Assembly: GCA_951406725.2 (NCBI GenBank)
Contig: OX597832.1
Coordinates: 29,574,001-29,638,000 of the forward strand
Length of the DNA: 64,000 nucleotides
Direction: 5' to 3'
DNA from: Octopus vulgaris
Taxonomy: Eukaryota
In this document: piece after piece, positions 39,664 through 52,999 of the stretch
How positions within the stretch are numbered: the stretch's first letter is position 1
Layout of the letters: each line of letters opens with the position of its first letter
Program-made: the position numbers and the translations under genes
The notes under the pieces: generated by a model
Told to the model about the DNA's origin: nothing
Seen by the model: the letters and a program-made list of their open reading frames with translations, nothing else
The model's database searches: none

Positions 39664-41254
39664 GAAATATGTTACGAAAAGAAAATATAAAATACACGTG
39701 GGTAAGGGTAAAATATGAAAAATCAACGAAAATGCACCTTGCAAATAGAAAAAGGCTATTTATGACAGGTAACGACAAATATATACATTTAGATTGACTG
39801 AGGTAGTAATACGAGTCATAAAAGTCATTATTATGAGATGATTATAAGATGATAATAAAGTAAGAGAACAAAGCGAACCATGGTTTACGCAAAGCTATTC
39901 ATCGTTTGAACAACACCGATTAATACCGGTTAATATATATATATATGTATGTATATATATATATATGAGTTATTGTTTGTGGATTTAATATAAAGTACCA
40001 CCCAAATCGGCGAGCTGGCAAAATCTTTAAGTCTGCCGGACAAAATGCTTAGCGGCATTTCGTCCGTGTTTGCTCTCTCAGTTTAAATTCTACCGAGGTC
40101 GACTTTGCCTTTCATCCTTCCGAGGTCGATAAAATGAATATCAGTCGAACACTGGAGTCGATCTAATTGACTTATTCCCATTCTCCGAAATTGCTGGCCT
40201 TGTGCCAAAAATCCAAATCGAATATAAAGCACCTCCGCGCCCCATCAAGTATCCCCCCTCTTCTCCTTGTTCTTTTGGGTTAAGTAGAAACACGACAACA
40301 GCCATCAACGATGTCTTTTAGTACATTTAAGAGAAAACAGTCATGGAAGGAAACAGTGAGTAGAGGCCGCCCTACAAACCCTGCTACAACCCTCACCACC
40401 ACCAACAACACCACCACCACCAACAACAACAATAACAACAACAACGTTTCCATTTCTGGTTTATAGTCAATGTAGACTTTCTGGAAGATCAGCTTTCAAA
40501 AAGAAAAAGGGACCCCTGTAAGTGTGTGTGTACGAACATACACAAACATACACATGTATATACATACATACATACATAAACACGTACACATGCACATATG
40601 TATCTATGTATACATACCCATGCAAATGCATACATGCACACACACATACACATATAAACGTACGCACACCCATAATTAGTGTTGAAATATGAGAAATGTC
40701 AACGAATACAGAGAGATTTGTGTCTTAATATGTTTTCCCACTTTTAATTATGAGGATAGAATTATTGTCATTAACGGGTTTATGTAACCTTCAAAACCAT
40801 TATATTCCGTTTCAAGGCCACCGCTGTACCTAGAAAAGGAACGACCCCGGAGCAAAACAACAACAGCAATAACAACAACATGCGAGTGACTGACGAGGTC
40901 TTCAGAAACAAGAAATGGGAATTAGATATTGTTCCTGCTCTTGCCAACATCAATAATGACGGGAGAAACGAAACCGAATTTATTAACCAGGATTTCCTGC
41001 TGAAACGAAATAGCCAAGAAATTAGGTCATTGGATCTCTTCACTCAGAGATTCTGAGTTCAAATCTGACGCGGGTATTTTGTTTCCGAACAGAATGTTTT
41101 ATTTTACGGTTCCTTTCTTTGCTGAGTTCTTGAGAGCAAATACTCATCGGGGTTTGTATGTGTCTGTTTGGATAAATACGTTGACCACGGATCGAACTGT
41201 TGATACATACTTCTGATCGTCAATGGTCAAACAGGAGACACCATCACACTAATG

Positions 41255-41594
41255 TGGACCCCGCTTTGGTCATGAATGACCATGGGTTTGCACTCAGAAG
41301 GTTACCCTCCGATGCACAAGTCCGAGCAAGGCTGTTTATAGAAGACCTGCAGTCATCCATGCATACCAGGCTCCCCTCTCTCCATGCTTCCGATGTTAGC
41401 CAAGGGAAAGGCAAAGGGGCCGATACAGCTTGGCACCAGTGACATCGCAACTTATTTCTACAACTTACTGAACTGGAGCAACGTGAAATAAAGTGTCTTG
41501 CTCAAGAACACAACACACAGCCTGCTCCTAGAATCGAACTCACTACCTCGTGATTGTGAGCTCGATGCTCTAATCACTGAGCCATGCATCTTTA
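41255..41594 (-). mobile_element. SINE family C, full length with 10-bp TSD
   Basis: tRNA-like head (TGGCTCAGTG, GAGTTCGATTC); CACACTAATG at 41245-41254 and 41595-41604. Confidence 0.85.
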
Positions 41595-41646
41595 CACACT
41601 AATGCATAGACAATTCCTTATCTGTATGGAATAATGCCATATCTAA

Positions 41647-41932
41647 GCTGGCAGAATCGTTAGCACGCCGGGCGAAATACTTTGCGGTATTTCGTCTGCC
41701 GCTACGTTCTGAGTTCAAATTCCGCCGAGGTTGACTTTGCCTTTCATCCTTTCGAGGTCGATAAATTAAGTACCAGTTATGCACTGGGGTCGATATAATC
41801 GACTTAATCCGTTTGTCTGTCCGTGTTTGTCCCCTCTGTGTTTAGCCCCTTGTGGGTAGTAAAGAAATAGGTATTTCGTCTGCCATTACGTTCTGAGTTC
41901 AAATTCCGCCGAGGTCGACTTTGCCTTTCATC
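41647..41932 (+). mobile_element. SINE family A with partial second body
   Basis: Junction GAAATAGGTATTTC at 41864-41877. Confidence 0.85.
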
Positions 41933-42014
41933 CAGAGGCCGTGGGAAATGAGTTTGAGTTTTATTATAGGACAGAGATAAAGAATACGTACGCCACCGGT
42001 TTTCGGCGTAGCAA

Positions 42015-42132
42015 AACCCCTGACCCTAACCCTAAAACTAACCCTTAACCCTGACCGTAACCTTAAACCCTGACCGTAACCCTAAACCCTTACCTTAAAC
42101 CTTTACCCTAAACCCTAACCCTAACCCTAACC
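42015..42132. repeat. Degenerate interstitial telomere-like (CCCTAA)n array
   Basis: CCCTAA mixed with CCCTGA, CCGTAA, CCTTAA and CCCTAAA variants. Confidence 0.85.
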
Positions 42133-42533
42133 ATCATCACCACCATGCCCCTCATCATCATCGTTATCATCATCATCATCATAATCATCATCATCATCGT
42201 CATCATAATCATCATCATCATCGCCCATTATTGTGGGTTGAAGTGTTTTATTTGATGTGGAGGATTTAACGAAATATTTCAGTTTTTATGAAATAAATTT
42301 CAACAAAAGACTTTAATGAGACTTATCAAAAAAAAAAAAGAAGCCCTCTGCTGCTCTGTCGTCTTTTAACCTGCAACGGTCGCCTTCCATTCTCAACAAT
42401 TTAGTTCAGCAAATAGTTTTCACTTAATTAAAATATTTACCTGCAGGTCATGGCAGCCAACAGTGCTACCTTGTAGAAAAAGATTTCACCACCAGGACAG
42501 AACGGAAAACTAACACCTCTCTCATCTCACTTA

Positions 42534-42534
<1 letters not shown>

Positions 42535-42577
<43 letters not shown>

Positions 42578-42617
42578 GCTGCTGTTCTTGTTGTTGTTGT
42601 TGTGGTTATTATTATCA

Positions 42618-42654
<37 letters not shown>

Positions 42655-42728
42655 GTTTGTCATCATTAACCTTATCTTCATCGCTGTCATCGCTCTCATC
42701 ATCATCAAAGCCATCATCACCATCACCC

Positions 42729-42776
<48 letters not shown>

Positions 42777-42870
42777 CCCTCATCATCATCATCATCACCA
42801 TCGTCATCATCATCGTCGTCGTCATCATCATCATCATCATCACCCTCATCATCATCATCATCATCACCTA
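42535..42870. repeat. Compound trinucleotide array (GCT/GTT/ATT/CAT)
   Basis: Direct inspection. Confidence 0.95.
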
Positions 42871-42965
42871 TGTCATCATTAACGCCTGACCTCGTTTTCT
42901 TTTTCTTCATCTCTCTGACAAATGTCATTATCCCTTCTTAAACAGGATTAGATACAAGTGCAACA

Positions 42966-43029
<64 letters not shown>

Positions 43030-43609
43030 TGCTTCATGCGATGATGTATTTCCAGCGATGTGTCTCAGTTGATGTTACGTTATTGTTTTATATATCTCAA
43101 TGGGTTTGTTACTTGATGTAATTTAGCCGATGTAACAGTTGTGGGGGATCCAAGCATGGCTCACTGGTTGAGAACGCATGTGCTGAAACATAATGGCATA
43201 TGCTATTATGTACTGGTATATGCTAAGGCAGCGAGCCGTCAGAATCGTCAGCACGCGAGGCACAATGTTTAGCGGCATTTCGTCCTGAGTAATTTATGTT
43301 CTGAGTTCAAATTCTGCCGAGGTCGACTTTAAATTTCATTCTTTCGGTGTCGAGAAAATATGTAGCAGTCAAGCACTTAGGTCGATGTAATTGGCTTGCC
43401 CCCTGCCACAAAATGTCAGGTCTTGCGCCTATTGTACCAAGGATATGCTGGTATGCACTGGTATACGGTGGTATATACGAGTATATATTAGTATAGGAAA
43501 TACCAGTCAAATATTGTGCTGATGTAATCGACTAACTTCTTCCCTGTGCCTACAACTTGTTGTTGTTGTTGTTGTTGTTGATGATGATGATGTTGTTATT
43601 ACTTGGCCG

Positions 43610-44510
43610 TCAAGTATGAAATTTGTGAAAAAGAAAAAAAAAGGTTTGCTAATGTTTTATAAATACAAGGAATAGTTTTATTCATCAAAATATGCAGCCA
43701 TATTGTCGATACCCTTTTGCCATTTCAGCGATAGTTTGTCCAGCCCGAAACTGTAAAAGCTTGGCAATCTTGAGTCAATAAAATCTTGGCCTGTTTTACA
43801 GCATCGTCAGAATTAAATTTTCTTTTTCCCAATCAAAAAGTTATTCAAATTCTGGAAGAAGTGGTAGTGAGTGGGAGCAATGTCAGGTGAGTATGGTGGA
43901 TGATGGAGAACTTCCAACTCCAACTCCTGTAGTTCCGCCAATGTCATTTTTGCAATGTCTGGACTGGCGTTGTCTTGCAATAAAATAGGAGTGGATCTGT
44001 TGACTAATCTAGGCTTTTTTTTGTAAGTTTCTGCATCATTTGGTCCAGTTGGCTGCAGTATACTTTGGCTGTGATTGATGACCCAGGTTTAATGAAATCA
44101 TAATGGATCACACCTGCGCCAGACCACCAAACACACACCATCAGCTTCTTTTGATGGATTATGCTTTTCGGATTGTGTTTTGGTGGCTCGTCTTTGTCCA
44201 GCCATTGTGGTTAACCTTTACAGTTGAGGCATTGGATCGATTTCTCATCACGTTACAATTCGATTAAAAAATTATTCATTTTTGTGACGAGAAAGTAGCA
44301 TAATGCAGGCTTTCAAACGTTGCTGCTTCTGATTTTTGTTGAGCTCATGTGGAACTTTACCCATTTGAAGCAGGTGGGTCAATATTGTTTGCTTCCTAAC
44401 ACCAAACAACAACGATAATTCACGGACACATTGAGATGGATCTGACTCACCGGTGGCTTTCAGTTCGTCATTATCCACCTTTTTATAATCTATAATGGTG
44501 CTGTTATAAG
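43610..44510 (-). mobile_element. Decayed mariner (DD34D) transposon, 5'-truncated
   Basis: VPHELNKNQKQQRLKACIMLLSRH; minus-strand LQDNASP and HPPYSPDIAPTHYHFF motifs. Confidence 0.85.
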
Positions 44511-44865
44511 CCACATGTTACAAGTATAAGCCCATCATGATAAACTTAATTTGTTATCCATGTGGTGGTGATGAACTGCCAACCCTCATAAAACCTTGGC
44601 TATCTCCAGTCCCGTTTGCTCTCCTACTGTACTCAAGCCAGGTCTGAAGATAACTTTCTTATATGTACCAATGTAGAAAAGGATCAAGAGGCCCTTTAAA
44701 GGGTCATAGGTGTTGTTCTTTCTTCTCTGAATAAGCATTATGTGTGCGTGTGAGTGTGGGGGTGGGTGGGGGCGGTGCTCCAGCATGGCCACAGTCAAAT
44801 GACTAAAACAAATAAAAGAATATATATATATATATATACACAAGCACAATATATATACATGTATG

Positions 44866-44988
44866 TCATCATCATCATTGTTCGACCGTGGTCGAGACAA
44901 TGGAATTTACCATGCTACGCCAGACTTCACGGTCCATCATGGCATTACGGAGGTCCTGTTGCTGGATGCCTGTATCCCTGGAGATTAC
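44866..44988 (-). mobile_element. RTE-type LINE extreme 3' end with (GAT)n tail
   Basis: [29 protein letters not shown]; terminal hairpin ATTGTTCGACC/GGTCGAGACAAT. Confidence 0.75.
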
Positions 44989-45053
44989 ATGTATGTACTT
45001 ATACACACACACACACATGCATACATACATACATACATACATACATACATACA

Positions 45054-45087
<34 letters not shown>

Positions 45088-45096
45088 CAAACATAT

Positions 45097-45149
<53 letters not shown>

Positions 45150-45343
45150 TATTATATATATATATATTAATACACACACGAATGCTTGTGTTGAGTTGGT
45201 TATCTGCTCTAAGATCGTGCGTTGGGACAAAAACCTCATTGCACTAAAATAATTGCTTTGTAGTAGATAATTGACAATAAAAGTATGGTAGATAATACCC
45301 TTTATATACATTTTTCTCAATTGTAAATATAGTAAGATACACA

Positions 45344-45746
45344 TCTCTAATAATAAATGCGAAAGCGAATATCCATGTGTCAGTGTGTCACTTTTTCAGC
45401 TTTACTCCTAGAGGACATAATCCAACATATCATACCATTTTGGAATCAGGTCAACTCCGATTCCCAAGTTTTCATTACTGCGATTGTTTACGGTGATTAT
45501 TTCATGTGATTTTTTGCAACGAATTTTTTTGTGCGATAACAATTTTTATAACTTGGAAATGAAATTTGGGAATAATCGAAATTAATTGCGAATTCCAGTG
45601 ATTATTTTCGGTGGATTTTTTTGCGACGAACATGATCATCGTTGGGATATGACTCTGGAGAAAGCAATTGTAACAAATTCTCCAAAAAACAAGTCAGCGA
45701 CCTGTTTGCAGATCTTGCCATTCGGGGTCAACAGCTTAAAAGCTAG
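45344..45746 (+). mobile_element. Non-autonomous Helitron (older)
   Basis: A|TC 5' end, degenerate subterminal hairpin GATCTTG-ccatt-CGGGGTC, CTAG|T 3' end. Confidence 0.6.
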
Positions 45747-45841
45747 TATGTTATGAATTACAGAATGGATACAATAGCTTGCACATTCATTCTTAATACG
45801 TTTGCTAGATGCGAACGTGAATAGTCTAATGATTAGACTAG

Positions 45842-46007
45842 GTCGATTACATCGACCCAGTACGCAACAGGTACTTAATTTATCGACCCCGAAAGGATGA
45901 AATATAAAGTCGACCTCGGCGGAATTTGAACTCAGAACGTAGCGGCAGACGAAATACCACTAAGCATTTCGCCCGGGATGCTAACGTTTCTGCCTGCTCG
46001 CCGCCTT
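45842..46007 (-). mobile_element. SINE family A (5' part)
   Basis: Reverse complement of the family A head and core. Confidence 0.85.
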
Positions 46008-46438
46008 CGCGTAAGGGCACTTCAAGACACCCGTTTTTTTCGACATAGCTGATTTTCGTCAGCGAAAGACACCTTGCACAACCTCCTGTTAGATTAATTA
46101 ATCTGGAGTATCATTGACTGACGAGACAGAAAGATGTCGAAACACTGAATGTCGCAAAGTTCCTTAAGCTAATGAATCGAGTGTGAGTGTACACATATTC
46201 GTCTGAAAGAAAAAGCTGTTCTCCTATGACGGAATACACAGCGATTGGCCTATTTATGTTCGAATCTGCCGTAAGGTGTTAACAAGGAATATGCAGATCA
46301 TTGTTTTGATTCTCGCTGCCCACCGTGCACATGAAGATCTGTTATATAATGATAGAGTCCCAGGAAGACTTTCCGCACAAGATTTTTATTCGATATCAAC
46401 AACTTGGTGGAGTACTTTCATACCTATATATCTAAAAA

Positions 46439-46537
<99 letters not shown>

Positions 46538-47007
46538 GTACATTGTTTTGTATTGGTATAAAAGATGGGCCACAGCAAATATTCTGCTCAATACCACGGA
46601 TTTGCTTGTCAGTTGTTTGACCGTAACCAGTTGAGCATGTCCCTTAGTGGCTGACGATATGTGCATCTCTGATTACGAGCAGAAGTAGTGGGGGAGCATC
46701 ATGGCCATGTGTTGAGAGGGATTCTTTGGGGTTTGAATAATTCACCTCTGGAAACATGGGTGTTTTGTTCATCATCCTGAAACAACCCTTATTCAGGGAC
46801 CTTTTGAGCAGGATGGTTTACTCGACCATAAGAAAATTCTAACTGGGCCCCACCTGCAAGGTCATGCAATGTTTATCTTGATATGAGATCACCATGTCAC
46901 GCACACATGGCTGTGATGCATGTGCCTGGGGTAGTCATGATCGGTATACTGGGCTTCGTATATTTTATCCCAGTGTCACTTTGATGGCATGCACTGCTCT
47001 CTCCCTC
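46538..47007 (+). mobile_element. ~470-bp non-coding element inserted in (TAA)n; probable 3'UTR or non-autonomous derivative of a TAA-targeting retroelement
   Basis: Complex sequence bounded sharply by (TAA)n on both sides; no recognisable ORF. Confidence 0.5.
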
Positions 47008-47011
47008 AATA

Positions 47012-47098
<87 letters not shown>

Positions 47099-47428
47099 GA
47101 ATAAAAATGATTGTGTGCATTTCAAGTGTTTGCAATGACTCTATCACGATGTAATTGTTCAACTCAATAATATAGTAACAATGGAAACAATCCAATTATA
47201 TTTTTTCTAGGACAATTAGTATTGTATGTATCTAAGTCACAACTTCAGAGGTCATTTCGACGTTTATTCTTCTTATGACAGCATGTACAGATATCTCTGA
47301 GATATCAGGTTTTTAATTAGCGTCGTCCGTGGGTTCAAGCCTGTGAGATATCATGTATTTAATAATCCAAGTCTGTGTCGTGGTTAACTACTGGAAAGCG
47401 TTTTTGAAACTGCGGTATCTCTATATAT

Positions 47429-47635
47429 CTCTTTTACTCTTCTACTCTTTTACTTGTGTCAGTCATTTGACTGCGGCCATGCTGGAGCACCGACTTTAGT
47501 CGAGCAAATCGACCCCTGGACTTATTCTTTGCAAGCCTAGTACTTATTCTATCGGTCACTTTTGCCGAACCGCTAAGTTACGGGAACATAAACACACCAG
47601 CATCGGTTGTCAAGCGATGTTGGGGGGGGGGGGGA

Positions 47636-47691
<56 letters not shown>

Positions 47692-47862
47692 CATATATAC
47701 GACGGGGTTCTTTCAGTTTCCGTCTACCAAATCCATTCACAAGGCTTTGGTCGGCCTGAGACTATAGTAGAAGACACTTGCCCAAGGTGCCACGCAGTGG
47801 GAATGAACCCGGAACCATGTGGTTGGTAAGCAAATTACTTACCACACAGCCACTCCTGCGCC
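47429..47862 (-). mobile_element. SINE family B, full length, with internal microsatellite
   Basis: tRNA-like head, internal (TA)/(TG)/(C)n tract, (AGTAAAAG)-like tail. Confidence 0.9.
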
Positions 47863-48206
47863 TATGTGCATAGATGTTCAGTAAGATTGCTTGATTTGCT
47901 AAAAACAAGACAATGTGTACAGATTTGTGATATCGTGTTATATAACAGCAATGTGGTCAGGCTTTGTGCCTGTCTTAGAAGCGAGTATTACAGCAACATA
48001 GAGGATAGGTTTCCTTAGGCACAGGACAGTGATTATAGGTGTGTGGGATATCATGTCATATCACATTAAATGGTGGGATGTCATGTTTTAGATTAACTTT
48101 TGTATCGGATTGGTTAGATCTAACTGGAACTATCTGACGGTAAAAGAAATATTAACTCTTTTAGAAAAGCTCTCCATTAACAATAGCAATGGCATTTTAC
48201 TGACGA

Positions 48207-48604
48207 CTAGCAGTATCGCCCGGCGTTGCTCGGGTTTGTAAGGGACATAACTATATAAGCATTTTTAGAGATGTAAAGTATAATAGCCATCTCAATATGG
48301 CTAACCACAAAGGGGGGGGGTGTTACTGTAGCTTTTTACGTTCTGAGATTTAATAATACATTTTTAGAGAGTTACTTCCCTTATATAATAGCAAAGAAAT
48401 GCATTAAAAATGGGAAAAAATTATGGTAATTTTTTTTTTAAATCGTAGACTCATCGTAGATGCGTGCTAATACCCAGAAGGGCTCGATATGAATCACGAC
48501 TATAAGATACCCGCTTTTGGTTACACTGCACCGCAAAATGTGGGAGTAGTTAGGAATCTAAATCGTAGGAGACAGACACAAAACTTCACTTTTATATATA
48601 AAGA
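48207..48604 (-). mobile_element. Non-autonomous Helitron
   Basis: Minus strand A|TCTTTATATATAAAAG...CCCGAGCAACGCCGGG (hairpin)...CTAG|T; no TSD. Confidence 0.85.
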
Positions 48605-49010
48605 TTTCCTGATATATCAATACTTTATTGAGGAAGTTCCAGTTGAATTCTGGGGGCGATGTAATCGACTGAGACCCTACTCGAAATTACTGACCTTGAG
48701 CCAAAATTTGAAACTAATATTTTATTGAGGAGAGAAGGCAGTACCCAAGATTCTTTAAGGGCCTTCGAGACTGATGGAAGGTAAGAAGGGAGGAAGTTAC
48801 CGGCAAATTGTAGACCAGTCTGGAATGCTTGCAGCGCAATCGACTCCACCAAAGATAGCCAAGACGCTGAGTGGTGGAACTGAATTAGCTGGCAGATTAA
48901 GCTTAGCAGCCAAAGACAAACACCTGACAATATTAATCTAATTATATACCTTTATTGAATACACATTGATCTAACACAATGGTTTCCAAGTTATTGATGA
49001 TGTACTTATG

Positions 49011-49357
49011 TGACCTAGTTATATGACTCCAGTACTGACCTAGTTATTTGACTCTAGTACTGACCTAGTTATTTGACTCTAGCACTGACCTAATTACCTG
49101 ACTCTAGTACCATCTAGTTACTTACTCTAGTACTGACTTACTTACCTGACTCTAGAATTGACCTAGTTATCTGACTCTAGTATTGACCTGGTTATCTGAC
49201 TCTAGCACTGACCTAGTAGTGACCTGGTTATCTGACTCTAGTATTGACCTAGTTATCTGACTCTAGTACTGGCCTAGTTATCTGACTATTACTGACCTAG
49301 TTATCTGACTCTAGTGCTGACCTAGTTATCTGACTCTAGTACAGACCTAGTTATCTG
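49011..49357. repeat. 25-bp minisatellite, about 14 units
   Basis: Consensus TGACCTAGTTATCTGACTCTAGTAC; contiguous units with no spacers. Confidence 0.95.
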
Positions 49358-50101
49358 TCATCACCGATGACTCTCTCATTTGACGATAGTTGTTTCCTAC
49401 TGAACAGCCCCACCACCACCATTGGTAACCTCATCATGTATCGTTAATCCCGTCCTCCACCACAGTCAATCACCCAGCAATCTATCTTAACCCAAACTTC
49501 CACTTCATCAATGAACCAACGTTCTAAATTATTAAAAACACGACTTGGAATTAAAATTAAAACTCATTCTTTATCTTTCTCGTCCCGTTTAGCATCAAAC
49601 AACAACTGCAACATCAAACTCACAGTCAAGGTGAAGCCTCACTTTCGAACCAATATTTAAGAGACGTTCATCAAAAAGTCGATATTTTAGATTAAATAAT
49701 TGTCCATTATCGATATTTTTGTGGGGAACATTGCTTCGACATATCGTATAAGAAGTTCTTGTTTCCCAAAATGTTCTACCCTAAGTTGAAGGAATTTCAT
49801 ATGTTAAGAGATGTTGGTGTATTAGGGGTGAGTGATTTTCTTTTCTTTTTTTTTGTCTTCAATAATTTTTGCTTTGCTCGGCAGGCGTCTTTTCCATCGA
49901 TTGGCAAAGATTACTAGAAAGAGGATGCCAGGAACTTCTTGGGGTTAATCAACACAAATGAATTGTTCCTTTTACCAATCACAAAAAGCTCGATAAGAAC
50001 CAGGGCTCAGCTCCATGTCTTTAATGCGAAACAAATATTTCAGGTATATAAGTGAATGAGAGGAGGAGAGGAAATGTCTTATAATATTTGCAGAATGGTA
50101 A

Positions 50102-50340
50102 GGAGGCAATCTGGCAGAAACGTTAGCACGCCGGGCGAAATGCTTCTCGGGCAACGCGTTGTGTTTTTGAGCAAAACACTTCATTTCACGTTGCTCCAGT
50201 CCACACAGCTGGCAAAAATGGGTAACGCTGCGATGGACTGGCGACCCGTCCAGCTGAGGAACACATACGCCATTGAAACCGGGAAACCGGGAAACCGGAC
50301 CCATGAGCCTGGCTAGGCTTTAAAAGGGCGCATTTTTATT
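50102..50340 (+). mobile_element. Chimeric SINE: family A head fused to a V-domain-like body
   Basis: Family A head to about 50145, then TTGAGCAAAACACTT...GCGATGGACTGGCGACCCGTCCAG. Confidence 0.65.
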
Positions 50341-50502
50341 TTATGTTTTGTAAGACCTGATAAAATTTTTGTAACAAGTTGCTTCTAAGGTTTGCGTAGT
50401 TTAGAGGGGCCCTCATTAAATCTAAATCCGCCAACGACAGTCGAAACCCCATATTTTTTGTTCCTATTCGTTTTTAATAATTTCGTTAAAGGCAAACACA
50501 CA

Positions 50503-50538
<36 letters not shown>

Positions 50539-51494
50539 ACACACAATCATTTTTGCTTCCGTAAAAGACAATTAACAATTCCTATTAACCGATCTAATTG
50601 AGAGGATAAACTGCTGGTTAAATACGAGAAAATACTTGTTTTTTAAATCTCCACGAGGAAGCGCTTTCTTAGTCAACAGGGCCATCCCGCTTTATTTACA
50701 ATTAAATTAATTTCAAATTTGTGAGTACGTGTGTAGGAATGTGCTGAGGGTATACGATCGTTTTCCTTTAGGTCCCTGCTAATCTGTTATGCAACAAGAC
50801 AGATCAAATACCCCACTTAACCCCAGTTAACGGCAAAACTATAACCGAGAGTGTTTTATGGCGTTACCCCCTCACCTTACCACACAACTGGAATAGAAGA
50901 AATCTCAGTGAAATATTTTAAGTTATCGTTAATATTTAGTTGTATGGTGTTGTCTGTTAAAGAGAGGTTAGCAAATTCTTTGCTGTGAAATGTAAAAGTG
51001 ACAAGTATATAATTATTTCCTCTCCGCATTTTACTTCCGGCCAAGTTTAGCTGCAATTAAACAGCCTCGTCCTCTTCTTCTCCTTCTTCTCCTTCTTCTC
51101 CTTCTTCTTCTTCTTCTCCTTCTTCTTCTTCTTCTTCTTCTTCTTCTTCTTCTTCTTCTTCTTCTTCTTCTTCTTCTTCTTGCTGCTTTCTTGCCTTCCT
51201 TCTTTCTTTATCTTCTCCCGCCTTTCTCTCCTTTTTTCTTTTTTAATCTTTTCTTTCTATTTCAATCTTTTTCTTCTTTCTTTTCACTCTCTTTCTTTTT
51301 CACTCTTTTTCTTCTTTCTTTTCTTCTTTCTTTTCCCTCTCTTTCTATTTCAACCTTTTCTTCTTTCTTTTCTTCTTTTGCCTTTCCAAGTCGTTTCACA
51401 CACACACACACACACACATCCCCCACACACATTCACACACATGAATACACAAACATTCTTTCACTCACAGGTATTACATAACAGTTACCTATTC

Positions 51495-51538
<44 letters not shown>

Positions 51539-51754
51539 CTTTCTTTTTCATTGCCTTTTGCTCTCTACACATCCTCCCTCCTCCCCCCTCACTCTCTTCT
51601 CTCATACAACAAACATATTCCTACACACAAACAAAACACACTCACGCATTCATATCAAATACATACATACAAATCTACACACACCTGTGTATCTATACAC
51701 ATACACACACATAATATACTGATTAAGGACACCTGTATATCTGCACGTATATAA

Positions 51755-52021
<267 letters not shown>

Positions 52022-52380
52022 AAAGGAGTTGACTGCGGATCACATGAATTTAGGATATATGAAATATTTAGCAATTGCTGTGCAAAGGATGGGACGAGCC
52101 TGCTGTCGTTTGTCTGGAGGGCTGAGCTATGACTGTTGGTATGTAAGGGTGTTAAGGGTGGCTGTTGGCGGTGGATCTCTTCAGATGCATTATATCAGCA
52201 GATTTGCTATGATACGCACTCACACATAACACACACACACACACTCACATCCACCTTTGTACACACGTACTTACATATATACGTTCACAGATTTCACCAT
52301 AAAAACAAATTTCTTGTTCGTATATATGTGGATACAGACCCGCATAAAAACACATACAGATATACGTACAGATACACACG

Positions 52381-52758
52381 TAGGAGTGGCTTGCTTACCA
52401 ACCACATGGTCCCGGGTTCAGTCCCACTGCGTGGCACCTTGGGGAAGTGTCTTCTACTATAGCCTCGGGCCGACCAAAGCCTTGTGAGTGGATTTGGTAG
52501 ACGGAAACTGAAAGAAGCCCATCGTATATATGTGTGTGTGTGTGTATATGAGTGTGTGTGTTTGTGTGTCTGTGTTTGTCCCCCCAACATCGCTTGACAA
52601 CCGATGCTGGTGTGTTTACGTCCCCGTAACTTAGCGGTTCGGCAAAAGAGATCGATAGAATAAGTACTAGGCTTCCAAAGAATAAGTCCTGGGGGCGATT
52701 TGCTCGACTAAAGGCGGTGCTCCAGCATGGCCACAGTCAAATGACTGAAACAAGTAAA
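52381..52758 (+). mobile_element. SINE family B, near full length
   Basis: Matches the reverse complement of 47429-47862. Confidence 0.9.
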
Positions 52759-52999
52759 AAAAACAACAAAAAAAACATACACGCATATACGCACAGATAC
52801 ACACATACATACACACATACCAAGAGAGACATAATACTGCTCGTACATACACACACACATTCATACAGCCACCCATGGTACGAAATAGTTTCTATCTCCT
52901 CTCTCTAAATCAGTGTCTGAAGTTGAAATTGTTATTGTGATGTTGTGGGTTTCATTGCATACCAATGGACATTTCTTGATCGACAGACAGTTTGTACAA

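Noticed and set aside
40890-40915. CTGACGA...GAAA hammerhead-like core
   Set aside because: No stem II closing pair, and no stem III or UH site.
42466-42941. Acidic Asp-rich ORF resembling a biomineralisation protein
   Set aside because: Several frames on both strands are open over pure trinucleotide repeats; no signal peptide or complex domain. A possible 29-nt minus-strand micro-exon near 42440-42468 is unsupported.
49011-49357. CRISPR-like regular repeats (also 21591-21670 and 34930-35590)
   Set aside because: Units are contiguous or separated by mutually similar low-complexity sequence; no unique spacers, no cas genes, eukaryotic context.
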